Virus record (IMG/VR): IMGVR_UViG_3300032242_001280
DNA from: a virus
Length of the DNA stretch: 64,000 bases
Strand: one strand, 5' to 3'
A program made the translations under genes and the position numbers. The notes below the pieces were generated by a model that ran no database searches, was not told where the DNA came from, and was given only the letters and a program-made list of their open reading frames with translations. This document shows positions 19,132-29,256 of this stretch, piece by piece. Position 1 is the first letter of the stretch; every line of letters begins with the position of its first letter.

Positions 19132-19608
19132 TTATAGGTTTTCTAGGAACCACATATATGTGGGAACTGAAAACTTCAAACGCCATTCGCCGTTGAAACC
19201 AAAATTTTGATACTTTTCAGGCGTTGGAGTATCTGAAAAAACAGGAGAACCATTACTAGTTCCTGTCTGGCGATAAAATTCACCAGATGAATAGTATAGA
19301 TAATCTAATTCAATTTCATCTATCTCAACTTGTTTTAAATTTAACAGTTGGTCTTTTAAAATTTTTCCACTATCATCTACTTGTGTGTTTATGTCTGTTT
19401 TACCAAGAAGGCGAATTTTTAAATAGTGTTCGCCTTCTTCTAAATCTTCGCTAAAACTAATAACTTTTTGTTGCCCATCTTCTTCTTTTTCAGTAACTTG
19501 TCCATATTCAATAAAATCATCATCAATCAATATTTCATAGTTTGGTGCATCTTTCCACCAAACAGAATCCATTGTTAATTTAAATTCTACAGTTTCAATA
19601 TCGGACAT
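19132..19608 (-). CDS. Acidic hypothetical phage protein
   Basis: ORF; C-terminal GFNGEW...PTYMWFLENL. Confidence 0.55.
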   Translation of the reverse strand: MSDIETVEFKLTMDSVWWKDAPNYEILIDDDFIEYGQVTEKEEDGQQKVISFSEDLEEGEHYLKIRLLGKTDINTQVDDSGKILKDQLLNLKQVEIDEIELDYLYYSSGEFYRQTGTSNGSPVFSDTPTPEKYQNFGFNGEWRLKFSVPTYMWFLENL

Positions 19609-19609
19609 G

Positions 19610-20500
19610 TTACTTTCCTTTAGAAGAAATCTTTAATTTGCTTTTGTCACCACTATTTAATTTAAGTTTAATTGGCGTTGGTGCGCCTTGTGGTGGAGCA
19701 GTCTGTGGTTGACTCTGTGGGTCAAGATGATGCGGTCCACCATTTGAAACTTGGTTTGTCAACACCTTCTTAAGTTCTTCAACATTACCTTCGTACTTGT
19801 GATATCCAGTATGATCCAGTTTAATGCCAGTGTCAGCAAAAATCTTACCACCAGCAAGTCGCCATAGATAACAGAATGTCCAATCTTCGCTCAGATAATT
19901 GTCATCCTTATCAATCATGGTATCAAACAAGCCATACATAAGTGGTTCGTATTGTGGACCAATACCAATATTATCGCGATATTTTAATTCTGGATGCAAT
20001 GAGATTAGGTTCTCAATAACATGACGCTTAACCATCATGAAACCAGTTCCAAGTGTACTAACTTCAACAAGGTCGCCCATAGTAACTGGATTTGGAACAG
20101 TGTTAATAACATAACGAATTGGAATACGCTTCATTGGATATACGCCACCGACGACATCCTGATTGGCAAGTAGTAGACGAATGATTGCTTCTGGGTCAAA
20201 CCCTAAGTCAACATCAATAAACATAAGGTGTGTTGCTGCTTGATTATACAAGAACTTAGCAACAAGATTGTTACGACCACGGGTAATAAGTGATTCGTTA
20301 ACCATGGTATCAATTGAATAATTAAGACCAAGTTTTCCAGCAATGATACCAAACTTAATCATTGCGATAAAAGTAGCTTCGTTACATAATCCGCCGTACA
20401 TTGGCAGACAGAAATGAATATGTTGTTGGCGGAGAAATTCTAGTGCTTCTGGCGGTAAGCCATGGTCGTTCTGTGGTGGTACAGTATTTTCTTCAGTCAT
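19610..20500 (-). CDS. GT-A fold glycosyltransferase-like protein
   Basis: ESLITRGRN, HLMFIDVD (DxD), GTGFMM, YLSEDWTFC, LDHTG. Confidence 0.75.
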   Translation of the reverse strand: MTEENTVPPQNDHGLPPEALEFLRQQHIHFCLPMYGGLCNEATFIAMIKFGIIAGKLGLNYSIDTMVNESLITRGRNNLVAKFLYNQAATHLMFIDVDLGFDPEAIIRLLLANQDVVGGVYPMKRIPIRYVINTVPNPVTMGDLVEVSTLGTGFMMVKRHVIENLISLHPELKYRDNIGIGPQYEPLMYGLFDTMIDKDDNYLSEDWTFCYLWRLAGGKIFADTGIKLDHTGYHKYEGNVEELKKVLTNQVSNGGPHHLDPQSQPQTAPPQGAPTPIKLKLNSGDKSKLKISSKGK

Positions 20501-20533
20501 TCGTTGATAATCTTTCCTAAGTTTTATTGAGTA

Positions 20534-20905
20534 TTATGTATTATATAGCACTCTACCAATGTTACCCGCAGAAAAGTTTGTTATGTGGGCACGACACCAG
20601 ACGAAGTTGCCAGTAAAATTGAAATAATAAGTTCCTGAAACAGGAGTAGTTCCATCACCAATACTAGTGTCAGGAACATCAAACCAATCGCTTTCTTGTG
20701 GATTGGTTACGAGAGTAGCTTGAAATTTTAATATGCCTTTAAAAGCTATAACATTATAGGTTACTGTGTGCAACCCATCGGTATAACCATAGTAACCATT
20801 GCCTTTAAATTGGTTACTGCTCCAAGTAGTACTAGAGCCATCATATGGCGGATAAACTTGTCCAAACTGAATTGCACTTAATACTACGGTCGGTAAACTA
20901 GCCAT
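20534..20905 (-). CDS. Hypothetical beta-rich protein, probably virion-associated
   Basis: GYYGYTDGLHTV...NFTGNFVWCRA; late-type TAAATA upstream of the operon. Confidence 0.55.
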   Translation of the reverse strand: MASLPTVVLSAIQFGQVYPPYDGSSTTWSSNQFKGNGYYGYTDGLHTVTYNVIAFKGILKFQATLVTNPQESDWFDVPDTSIGDGTTPVSGTYYFNFTGNFVWCRAHITNFSAGNIGRVLYNT

Positions 20906-21065
20906 TATTTTCCACTTCTACTAAACATTTGTCGCCAGCAAGTTCTTGAATAACTGCAACCAACTGGTATACTGTATCCTGATCTAGTTTTGTGTCAGCA
21001 GTTTTATTGTCTGCAACTAGTTGTGATACCTTAATTGTAATTGATTCTTCAAATAGGTGTGCCAT
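20898..21065 (-). CDS. Small hypothetical protein (55 aa)
   Basis: Hand-read ORF MAHLFEESITIKVSQLV... with GGAG SD; fills the gap between neighbours. Confidence 0.55.
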   Translation of the reverse strand: MAHLFEESITIKVSQLVADNKTADTKLDQDTVYQLVAVIQELAGDKCLVEVENNG

Positions 21066-21408
21066 TGATATTCTCCAAAGTATTTATTCTAGGTTTACGA
21101 CCACGCTTTTTACCTGCGCCACGAACCACGCCATTTGCTTTAATATCATATGCAAGTCCAAGGCGCGTAGGTTCCATGCCATCAATTTCATCAATCTTGT
21201 CAATGGGAACACTAAACTTGCGACCTGTTCGATGTGAAGAAATAAACTTCATGGTGCCTTCATCGCTGACAATTCTATCTACATTAAGGAATAGCAGCTT
21301 TTCCGTTGGCATACCACCAAATGCAGAAACTGGACATCTTGCTAAGATACGAGTTTTGCTATTCACGATACCACGATTGATAAGGGCTGTTGCTAATTCT
21401 AAATTCAT
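21049..21408 (-). CDS. Hypothetical protein
   Basis: ORF with AGGT SD; basic C-terminal KKRGRKPR. Confidence 0.55.
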   Translation of the reverse strand: MNLELATALINRGIVNSKTRILARCPVSAFGGMPTEKLLFLNVDRIVSDEGTMKFISSHRTGRKFSVPIDKIDEIDGMEPTRLGLAYDIKANGVVRGAGKKRGRKPRINTLENINGTPI

Positions 21409-21412
21409 TGTG

Positions 21413-22114
21413 TTACACCTTTACTTTCTTTACTAATTTGTAAACTTTTTTAATTCCATTTTGAAATAACATATACAACAGTGGAATATTGTCTGCACTT
21501 CTGCAGAATACACGAACACTGCCATAATAATAATGATTATCAAGTCCTATCATAGCACGAGAACACCAACGGTTTAGCTCAAATGACAGGAACAAATCAT
21601 CTTTGTTGTTATTAACAAACTCATACAATTCAAGCAAGTTTTGTCTTTGTGTTTGTTTGCTACTACCTTGTCCACCACCTACCCAACCCCAATAAGTTTC
21701 AAAGTCAACTTGATAAGGAACTGTTGGATCATATTTTTTCTCACTTACCAGTTTAACATCTACTGCGATATTGTCAAGGTTTTTTATCGCTGTAATATAC
21801 TGATCATTACTTGTGGTAAATCTTTTGACTGCGGCAAGAAGTGATGGATCATCAAGAATAGCATCAAGTGCTGTCGTGCTATTGGTAAAGAAACGCAAGT
21901 ATGATTCTTTACGAAGCCGACAGTCTGGGTCAAGATTTTTTAAGGTTTTTCGCATATTTTCACGAATATCCCAATCTCTTGGAATTGCTAATTCTACACG
22001 AAAGTGATACTTGCCATACCACAGTTTGTTTTCGGTATCAATGCGCCACTTAAACAAATGGTCTCTGAACCGATCACGGTATTCAATTAGCGTTAATTCT
22101 GCTATCTCTGTCAT
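21413..22114 (-). CDS. Hypothetical protein
   Basis: ORF track. Confidence 0.55.
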   Translation of the reverse strand: MTEIAELTLIEYRDRFRDHLFKWRIDTENKLWYGKYHFRVELAIPRDWDIRENMRKTLKNLDPDCRLRKESYLRFFTNSTTALDAILDDPSLLAAVKRFTTSNDQYITAIKNLDNIAVDVKLVSEKKYDPTVPYQVDFETYWGWVGGGQGSSKQTQRQNLLELYEFVNNNKDDLFLSFELNRWCSRAMIGLDNHYYYGSVRVFCRSADNIPLLYMLFQNGIKKVYKLVKKVKV

Positions 22115-24320
22115 CTTGTGCTACCAATTCTAGCTTGTCAACATTTAGGTCTACCTTAATACTAGCATGATTCTTTGTCTTGTCAAACAAAATCATCTTA
22201 GCTAACGGAACTTTAATGTGTTCATGAATTGTGCGACTCATGGGGCGAGCACCTAAACTTGGTGTATAACCAGTCTTACATAGCCAATCAAGCGCAGAAT
22301 TAGTTAATGATACAGATGTATTCTTTAATGCAAGTTGTTCATTGAGTTCACGAATGAATTTCCCTGCAACCTTGCGAATAGTAGCGCCATCAAGTTTATT
22401 GAATGTAACAATCGCATCAACACGATTTCGAAACTCTGGACGGAAAAACTCTTTAACAGCAGCATCAACTGTATCGCTGCGATCTTGATTACCAAAACCA
22501 ATAGCAAGGCGTTCACTGTCTGCAGCACCAAGATTGCTTGTCATAATAAGAATAGATTGACGACAATCTGCTTTCTTGCCATTGCTACCCGTAATAAAAC
22601 CTTCGTCCATTACTTGTAGTAGAACTTGAGTTACATCTGGGTGCGCCTTTTCAATCTCATCAAAGAGAATGATACAATGTGGGTTCTTTGCTACTTCACT
22701 GATGAGCAAGCCACCAGCTAGGTTACTATCTTCATATCCAACATAGCCAGGCGGTGCACCTATAAGGCGTGAAATAGCATGTTTTTCTTGATATTCACTC
22801 ATATCAAAGCGCAGCAGTTTCATGCTTAAACGATCTGCCAGTTGCTTAGCAAGTTCTGTCTTACCTGTGCCAGTTGGACCAAGGAATAAAAACGATCCAA
22901 CAGGTTTATTATCACTTTTTAAACCAGCTTGCGATACCCACACACGATCAAGAACCTTATCGACTGCAGTATCTTGGTTAAACACAATAGATTTAATTTC
23001 TGTGCCAATATTAGGCATAATCTTTTGTGTATTTTCTGCGCCAAGTTGTGCTTCTGGAATACCAGTGATACGGGAAAGTTCACGACGAATTTGATTTACA
23101 TCAATGGTACGAGAACCACGAGACTGTGTACGACGAAGCGCAGCAGCACTATCAATAAGATCAATTGCTTTATCTGGTAACCGCTTGTCTGCTTGATAAC
23201 GATGACTTAAGTTTACTGCTTCATTAATAGCATTTTCTGTGATTTTTACATTATGGAATGTTTCGTAGATTTCTTTAAGACCAAGCAGGATTTGCTTACT
23301 AACTTCAACACTTGGTTCATCAACAGTAACACGATTGAAACGACGCATAAGAGCACGATCTTTTTCAAAGTGCTGCGTATATTCTTCCCAAGTTGTTGAT
23401 GCAATAACTTTAAAGTCACCACGAGCAAGTGCTGGCTTCAACATGTTGCTCAAATCAACTGCACTGTTGCTGCCACCACCTGCGCCACGCATCTGATGTG
23501 CTTCGTCAATAAACAGGATAACATTTCCTAATTCTGTTGCAGCAGAAATGATTTCTTGAAGTCGCTCTTCGAAATCACCACGATATTTGGTACCTGCGAG
23601 CAAGCTGCCAATATTGAGGCTGTAAACTTCATAGTTCTTAATAAACTTTGGTACATTGCCATTGATAATATTCAGTGCAAGACCTTCTGCAATTGCAGTT
23701 TTACCTACACCTGCATCGCCTACGAGCAACGCATTGCATTTATTCTTACGAGCAAGAATTTGTGTTAATTCAGCAAGTTCTGTTTCACGCCCAATTACAG
23801 GATCAATCTTGCCATTTGCTGCTTGAGTATTAAGGTTTGTGCAATACTCTTCCATTGTTTTGGTGGCAAATCCACCCGCCGATGTTTTCTTTGGCTTAGA
23901 TTTATTATAAATTTCAACGACTTTTTCTGGTTCTACACCATACTTGTTTAAGAAATATACAGCGTGACTGTGAATTTCTTTAGAGATACTAAGGTATAGA
24001 TCAGTAACATGAATAGTTTGACGACCAAGTAAAATAACTTGTGTGAAAGCACGATTGAACACTCGCTCAAGACTTTGTGTTCTTTTTGGTTCATCTATGG
24101 ATTTTACTGGAACATTATCAAAGATATGCTCTTCGATTTCTGCGGTTAGTTGCTCTACATCAACTCCTAACCCTTGCAAAATTCCAAAGAATCCTTTTTC
24201 ATGGAGCATACTAAGCAATAGATGCTCAATGGTGAAATATTCGTGACTGTTATCCGTTGCAAACTGCTTTGCAAACTTAACAATCTTTTCTAGGTCGCCG
24301 TTACTACTAAATTGGGTCAT
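22083..24320 (-). CDS. clpA: ATP-dependent Clp protease ATPase subunit ClpA
   Basis: Clp N-domain (HEYFTIEHLL), GDAGVGKT, FIDEAH, GPTGTGKT, RLIGAPPGYVG, IGF ClpP-docking loop; no ClpB middle domain. Confidence 0.92.
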   Translation of the reverse strand: MTQFSSNGDLEKIVKFAKQFATDNSHEYFTIEHLLLSMLHEKGFFGILQGLGVDVEQLTAEIEEHIFDNVPVKSIDEPKRTQSLERVFNRAFTQVILLGRQTIHVTDLYLSISKEIHSHAVYFLNKYGVEPEKVVEIYNKSKPKKTSAGGFATKTMEEYCTNLNTQAANGKIDPVIGRETELAELTQILARKNKCNALLVGDAGVGKTAIAEGLALNIINGNVPKFIKNYEVYSLNIGSLLAGTKYRGDFEERLQEIISAATELGNVILFIDEAHQMRGAGGGSNSAVDLSNMLKPALARGDFKVIASTTWEEYTQHFEKDRALMRRFNRVTVDEPSVEVSKQILLGLKEIYETFHNVKITENAINEAVNLSHRYQADKRLPDKAIDLIDSAAALRRTQSRGSRTIDVNQIRRELSRITGIPEAQLGAENTQKIMPNIGTEIKSIVFNQDTAVDKVLDRVWVSQAGLKSDNKPVGSFLFLGPTGTGKTELAKQLADRLSMKLLRFDMSEYQEKHAISRLIGAPPGYVGYEDSNLAGGLLISEVAKNPHCIILFDEIEKAHPDVTQVLLQVMDEGFITGSNGKKADCRQSILIMTSNLGAADSERLAIGFGNQDRSDTVDAAVKEFFRPEFRNRVDAIVTFNKLDGATIRKVAGKFIRELNEQLALKNTSVSLTNSALDWLCKTGYTPSLGARPMSRTIHEHIKVPLAKMILFDKTKNHASIKVDLNVDKLELVAQDDRDSRINAN

Positions 24321-24325
24321 ATTAT

Positions 24326-24353
24326 TAATATAACAGATTTCTATTGTTTGTCA
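24326..24353 (-). promoter_or_regulatory. Sigma70-type early promoter TTGACA...TG-N-TATATT, 6 nt before the clpA ATG
   Basis: Minus strand reads ttgacaaacaatagaaatcttgttatattaataatatg; similar elements near 25259, 32880, 40732, 42572, 43692, 50919, 54393, 60611, 62739. Confidence 0.7.
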
Positions 24354-25223
24354 AGTATTTATAGGACGAATTTTTTGAATTTCTTTGATTAAATTTAACT
24401 GGTCGGTTGTTAGGGCAGTTGGTATCATGATATTGATCTTGGCTATGTATTTACCTCTACCAGCGTTATGGTTTCTAGGAAAACCTTCGTCTGTAATGCC
24501 AAACTGCGATTGGTGCTGCGTTCCTGGCGGAACATATAACTCTATTGTTCTGCCGCTTGGTAATTGTACATTAAGTGTATGTCCAATAATTGCTTGAAAA
24601 CAATCAATAGTAATGTCTTCAATGATGTTTTCGCCATTTCTGAAAAACCTGTTATGTGGTTTTATTCGTATAGCTACTTCAAGGTTTCCACGAGGGATGC
24701 CAATATTTAAATCATCACCGCGATTGGCAACAGTAAAAACTGTGCCACTATCAACGCCACTAGGAATCTCAATCTGCAGTGTTTCTGTTGTATTTGAAGT
24801 TTTATATTCTAGAACTTTAACCTGCGAATTAAGTGTTTCTAAAAAATCTAGTTCAACTGTTAATCTGATATTACGATTGCGCTGTGGTTGACGAGTGTGA
24901 AACCCAAAATGTTGAAAAATTTGTTCATGTATGTTTGGAAACGGATCGCCAGCATTGAAGTTAAAATTAAATTCAAATGGATTGCCGCCGCCAGAATGTT
25001 GTGCATGTGGGCTATACTGTGGTTGAGGATTGCGCAGCATATGGTCATAATGTGCACGAGCGTTTTGATCACTTAGTGTACTATATGCCTCGTTAATCTG
25101 TTGAAACTTTGCCAGATCACCGCCCATATCAGGGTGATGTTGCTTTGCAAGTTTTCTAAATGCAGATTTAAGTTCTTCTGGTGTAGCATTTTCTGTTACA
25201 CCCAATGTTTGATAATGACTCAT
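24351..25223 (-). CDS. dnaJ: DnaJ-class (type II, no zinc finger) co-chaperone
   Basis: J domain with HHPD, G/F region, DnaJ_C; start refined to MSHYQTLGV. Confidence 0.88.
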   Translation of the reverse strand: MSHYQTLGVTENATPEELKSAFRKLAKQHHPDMGGDLAKFQQINEAYSTLSDQNARAHYDHMLRNPQPQYSPHAQHSGGGNPFEFNFNFNAGDPFPNIHEQIFQHFGFHTRQPQRNRNIRLTVELDFLETLNSQVKVLEYKTSNTTETLQIEIPSGVDSGTVFTVANRGDDLNIGIPRGNLEVAIRIKPHNRFFRNGENIIEDITIDCFQAIIGHTLNVQLPSGRTIELYVPPGTQHQSQFGITDEGFPRNHNAGRGKYIAKINIMIPTALTTDQLNLIKEIQKIRPINT

Positions 25224-25262
25224 ATTGGTAATTATGCCATAATTGTTCTTAGGAGTCAATTA

Positions 25263-25877
25263 TTAAGTGGTACTAATTGTTCCGCCACTTGGCTTTACTC
25301 CAGCCGCCGCGCTAGCCGCTGATGTTTTCTCTTGTGTTCTACCATAAGCACTAATACCAAGAATAGCACCAAATGCAAGGTGAATTAATCCACCATTTGA
25401 TAATGTAAGGCTTTGCCATTGAGCATATGTAACCGTATTGGCACCAAGACTTTTCAAGAAGATCGGCATTAACATACTTAAAACTGGCGCAATAACAAAG
25501 TCAAACGCACAGATTAACATATAAAGCCAACCCATTGCTGGACGCCAGTATGACTTCATCCAGTGTTCGCTTTCTTTATCTTTTTTCTTGGCTTCTTCTT
25601 TTGCTATTTGTGCTCGTTCATAAGAAACTTCTTCTTCTTTTTGTTCTTCATGACGAATTTCAATTTGCATCTTATGAATTTCTTTGCGTTCTTCAAGATG
25701 AAAACGCATTTCTTCAAGCATTAATTTACGAAGTTCAATATCATTAGATAGCGAAACAGGTGGCGCAAGGGATTCGGTTGTAGCAGCAGTTTTTAACTGC
25801 GCATCTGCTGAACGCTCATCATCTGCCATACGGCGAGGACCAACTGGCTCGTCATCTTCATCAATTGGTGCTGCCAC
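25263..25877 (-). CDS. Holin-like membrane protein (3TM/GTA-type)
   Basis: WMKSYWRPAMGWLY...LGISAYGRTQEK; follows the spanins; GTG start inferred. Confidence 0.6.
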   Translation of the reverse strand: MAAPIDEDDEPVGPRRMADDERSADAQLKTAATTESLAPPVSLSNDIELRKLMLEEMRFHLEERKEIHKMQIEIRHEEQKEEEVSYERAQIAKEEAKKKDKESEHWMKSYWRPAMGWLYMLICAFDFVIAPVLSMLMPIFLKSLGANTVTYAQWQSLTLSNGGLIHLAFGAILGISAYGRTQEKTSAASAAAGVKPSGGTISTT

Positions 25878-26259
25878 TAGTGCTTCCTGATTTAGTTGTA
25901 CCACTAGTAGAGGCTTGGCTATCGTAGTACTGCTTGTATGCGTTAATTTGTATTTGATATTGTCTAATGATTTTAACAATGTTGGCTTGATTAATTGCCA
26001 TGTCTTCATAATCTCTTGGACTAATGGCGAAAAGGCTTTCGCTATGTGCTTTTCCAAATGCCGTGTCAATGTGATCTTCACTTCCTGGTTTTGCTGCTTT
26101 ATTTACCACATGCCATTCTACATCATTCAGCTTAACTCGGTCTACACTTGGTAGCACAAGAGTTGGGCGTTCAACAGTAACGACTGCTGTGGTAGGCTGC
26201 ATCGTCTGGCAAGCAGTGAGTAATAAACATAGCGGGAGTATTTTAGCAACCTTGAGCAT
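25861..26259 (-). CDS. o-spanin-like lipoprotein
   Basis: Lipobox LLLTAC; overlaps the i-spanin gene. Confidence 0.7.
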   Translation of the reverse strand: MLKVAKILPLCLLLTACQTMQPTTAVVTVERPTLVLPSVDRVKLNDVEWHVVNKAAKPGSEDHIDTAFGKAHSESLFAISPRDYEDMAINQANIVKIIRQYQIQINAYKQYYDSQASTSGTTKSGSTSGSTN

Positions 26260-26644
26260 TGGTTATACCTTTGTTGATTGTATCTTCAATACAGCGGAAT
26301 GATTTGGCTGTGGCATCATTCATACGCTTCTTAACTTCGGCTGGTTTTGCAGCAGCAAATGCGCCAAGGTCACGATTATTCTTTGTGAACTTGTCCTGAA
26401 TATCTTGTACTTCATTGCGAGCAGCTTGATAATCATCGAATGTCTTTTGTGAAATAGCTTGCTGTTCTTTTAAATCTGCTTGTGTTTTTTCTAGCGTTGC
26501 AGTAGTAGTTTTGAGAGCAAAATCTTTTGTTGCAACTTCTTGATTTAATCTTGCTAGTTCATCTTGCGTATATTTAAAATACCCAACACCTGCACCAATT
26601 AAACCAATGATAACAAATATTTTCCAAAGACTAAATCCAAACAT
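26243..26644 (-). CDS. i-spanin-like protein
   Basis: N-terminal TM helix plus long coiled coil. Confidence 0.7.
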   Translation of the reverse strand: MFGFSLWKIFVIIGLIGAGVGYFKYTQDELARLNQEVATKDFALKTTTATLEKTQADLKEQQAISQKTFDDYQAARNEVQDIQDKFTKNNRDLGAFAAAKPAEVKKRMNDATAKSFRCIEDTINKGITNAQGC

Positions 26645-27165
26645 TAGATAATCCCGCTTAGTTTTTTGATAGCTTCTATTTCATTATTTAGTTTCTTGGT
26701 CTCTTCGGTAATTCTCTCAAATTGTGTAACATCCTGTTCATATTTTTCAGGAGTCATTGGAACAACTTTAGTAAAATTTTCTTCATTCATTTGCATATAA
26801 TCACTGCTTTTGTACCAACGGAACTTCCACTTATCTGGTTTAATTCCAGTTAAATGGTCAAGATCAGTTAGCATTTCGCTGATATATTTGTAAAGATTTG
26901 GACGGCGTTGTGCCTCAACAAACACTAAACGATTCATGTCACTGATTTCACCAGTGCTAACATCTGCATCTAAAACCCAATCATATCCGTTTTCTAAGAA
27001 GCTAACTAAATCAGTTGCTGGCATGATATCGCGGATTTTAAAACTTAGCGTAACAACATCTTGTGGCTGTCCCATTTTACTATTATACTCATCGATATGA
27101 ATAGTATCGCTAACCAAATAGTTAAGGTCGCCCATTTGTAAACCTTCAGAAAGTTGGTGCTGCAC
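26644..27165 (-). CDS. Hypothetical jumbo-phage protein
   Basis: IDEYNSKMG...DLVSFLENGY..VLDADVS. Confidence 0.6.
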   Translation of the reverse strand: MQHQLSEGLQMGDLNYLVSDTIHIDEYNSKMGQPQDVVTLSFKIRDIMPATDLVSFLENGYDWVLDADVSTGEISDMNRLVFVEAQRRPNLYKYISEMLTDLDHLTGIKPDKWKFRWYKSSDYMQMNEENFTKVVPMTPEKYEQDVTQFERITEETKKLNNEIEAIKKLSGII

Positions 27166-27742
27166 TTTGTTGTACTCCCTGCTCTGTTGGTGGTTGTCCT
27201 ATTTGACCGCCTTGTTCTTGTTGTTCGCCGTTTGCTTGCTCTGCACCATTAGTAGTGGTACTTTGGTCAGTTAAACCTTTTTCCATGCTGTTTTGTAAAT
27301 CAGCCAAATCAACTTCTTCGCCAGCAATATCTACTGAACCTTGTTTAATATCACTCATAAGTTTTTTTGGTAACATCATTTCAACATACCAAATTGGAAA
27401 ATCAACTAGTTTTCCTTTGTGACTGCCTGGACGAATGTCGGCGGGACTTCTAATTTTTACTGGCATTTGTACTGTGTCTTTTTTATACGCTACTTTTGCA
27501 CCAAAGGGTATTATTCTTTTTGCAGCAGCAGGGTCAGGCATACGGTCACGAGGCCACATAAACTTGCACTTAACCCAATAACGGCTAATCACTGGACCTT
27601 CAACTAACTCTCCTAAACGCCAGTTTGGGAAAGCATAGAAATCCATATTATCTAATACTCTTTCAAAATCACAGAGCATGCTAAGACTAGCATCACTCAT
27701 ATAAATTTTCTTAACGCTTTCAATATTTGCTTTAATGCTCAT
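27146..27742 (-). CDS. Hypothetical jumbo-phage protein
   Basis: DFERVLD...NWRLGELVEGP..RYWV...MPDP; start refined to MSIKAN. Confidence 0.6.
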   Translation of the reverse strand: MSIKANIESVKKIYMSDASLSMLCDFERVLDNMDFYAFPNWRLGELVEGPVISRYWVKCKFMWPRDRMPDPAAAKRIIPFGAKVAYKKDTVQMPVKIRSPADIRPGSHKGKLVDFPIWYVEMMLPKKLMSDIKQGSVDIAGEEVDLADLQNSMEKGLTDQSTTTNGAEQANGEQQEQGGQIGQPPTEQGVQQSAAPTF

Positions 27743-27853
27743 AGCAACACCTTTGAGATATTTATGATTGTAGACACGCATTATAGATATCGTTTTAATT
27801 ACTTAAATGCGCCATTAAATACTTTTGAGTTACAACCAACTCAGGGAATAAAC

Positions 27854-28627
27854 ATGCAGCATAAGCGTAAACAGAAGTATAATCAGCCAATGGATAGTTT
27901 TAACAACAGAAACGGAAACTCACACAAACGAAATTATAATAATGTTATCGAACCAGATCAATTTCAACCTAGTAAAAAACGAAATGTAGACATAATCCCA
28001 AGAAATATACATCAAGAAGAATATCTTGACCTTTTATTAGACCCATCAGTCAGCATCATTATAGCAAGTGGACCAGCGGGAACTGGAAAAACATTGCTAG
28101 CAATGCAAGCAGCCATTAAAGCTTTTAAAAATCGCGAAATTGAACGCATCATCCTTACTAGACCAGCAGTTGGTGTAGAAGGCGAAAAGCATGGGTTCTT
28201 GCCTGGCGATTTAAATCAGAAAATGGAGCCATGGACAAAGCCACTGTTTGATGTTCTTCATGAGTATTATAGCACTCGCGAAACACAACAAATGGTAGAT
28301 ACTGGTGTTATTGAAATTTGTCCACTTGCATTTATGCGCGGTCGTACATTTAAAAATTGTATGATTATTGCGGATGAAATGCAAAATGCCACACCGAACC
28401 AAATGAAGATGTTGCTTACTCGTATTGGCGAAGGCAGCAGAATCGTTGTAACTGGTGATGTTCGTCAAACTGACAGAACAGAAGGTGAAAATGGATTATT
28501 AGATTTTAATCGTCTAGTAGATCGCTTTGCTGATAGTGAGCATGTTGGTACTGTAGAATTTACAGGCAATGACATTGAGCGCCATCCTGCAGTAGAAGAA
28601 ATTCTACGAATATACGGTGATATCTAA
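27854..28627 (+). CDS. phoH: PhoH-like ATPase
   Basis: GPAGTGKT, LTRPAV, GFLPG, MRGRTF, DEMQN, TGD..Q.D; start refined to MQHKRK. Confidence 0.93.
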   Translation: MQHKRKQKYNQPMDSFNNRNGNSHKRNYNNVIEPDQFQPSKKRNVDIIPRNIHQEEYLDLLLDPSVSIIIASGPAGTGKTLLAMQAAIKAFKNREIERIILTRPAVGVEGEKHGFLPGDLNQKMEPWTKPLFDVLHEYYSTRETQQMVDTGVIEICPLAFMRGRTFKNCMIIADEMQNATPNQMKMLLTRIGEGSRIVVTGDVRQTDRTEGENGLLDFNRLVDRFADSEHVGTVEFTGNDIERHPAVEEILRIYGDI

Positions 28628-28950
28628 GGTTTTTTGCTCAATAACTTGAGCAATTGCCATGTGTTATAGGCATCGGCAACGGCTGGGTTCTCGTGTTCCT
28701 GTTCACGAACCCAGCTAGTTCCGTCTAGCACTTTTGGATTAGACATGTATATCATCCATGCCTCAATAAGATACTGTTCATACCAGTTATCTTGACCATT
28801 GTTGTTTATGGTTAATCCCCAAAAAGCATTACCATCTAAGATAGCAATTACTTCTGCAATAGGGCGAAGTATTTTCTTTTCTTTTTCAGTAAACTTTTTC
28901 TTTCTTCTGATCTTATAGGTACTATGAATTAAACCTAAGATAGTATTCAT
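28624..28950 (-). CDS. Hypothetical protein
   Basis: ORF track. Confidence 0.5.
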   Translation of the reverse strand: MNTILGLIHSTYKIRRKKKFTEKEKKILRPIAEVIAILDGNAFWGLTINNNGQDNWYEQYLIEAWMIYMSNPKVLDGTSWVREQEHENPAVADAYNTWQLLKLLSKKP

Positions 28951-29255
28951 TGTCCAGCAATCTGTTTTTTAAGCCAACCGTTTATATATTCTTTGTAATG
29001 CGTTAGATAATATTCAAATAATTCACCAAAAGGTTTATCATCACTATATCTATTCTTGATTACCTTTTGGTTTGCAACATCTAGAATAACACCTGCTTCA
29101 CTGTAGTCACGGGATTTTAGATTCTTAGCGCATTTAATCGCTTCATTTTGCTGCCACGCCGATTCATCTTTTCCTATGTTAATCTTACTGCTATGGGCAG
29201 GGTTTTTTAATGTTCTGCTATACGATGCTATAATAAAAAATTTATTCTTTACCAT
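28947..29255 (-). CDS. Hypothetical protein
   Basis: ORF track; coupled to the clamp loader gene. Confidence 0.55.
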   Translation of the reverse strand: MVKNKFFIIASYSRTLKNPAHSSKINIGKDESAWQQNEAIKCAKNLKSRDYSEAGVILDVANQKVIKNRYSDDKPFGELFEYYLTHYKEYINGWLKKQIAGQ

Positions 29256-29256
29256 C

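Noticed and set aside
25878-26081. Long N-terminal extension of the holin-like ORF in the track
   Set aside because: It overlaps the o-spanin gene; a GTG start with an SD-like sequence at 25877 is more plausible
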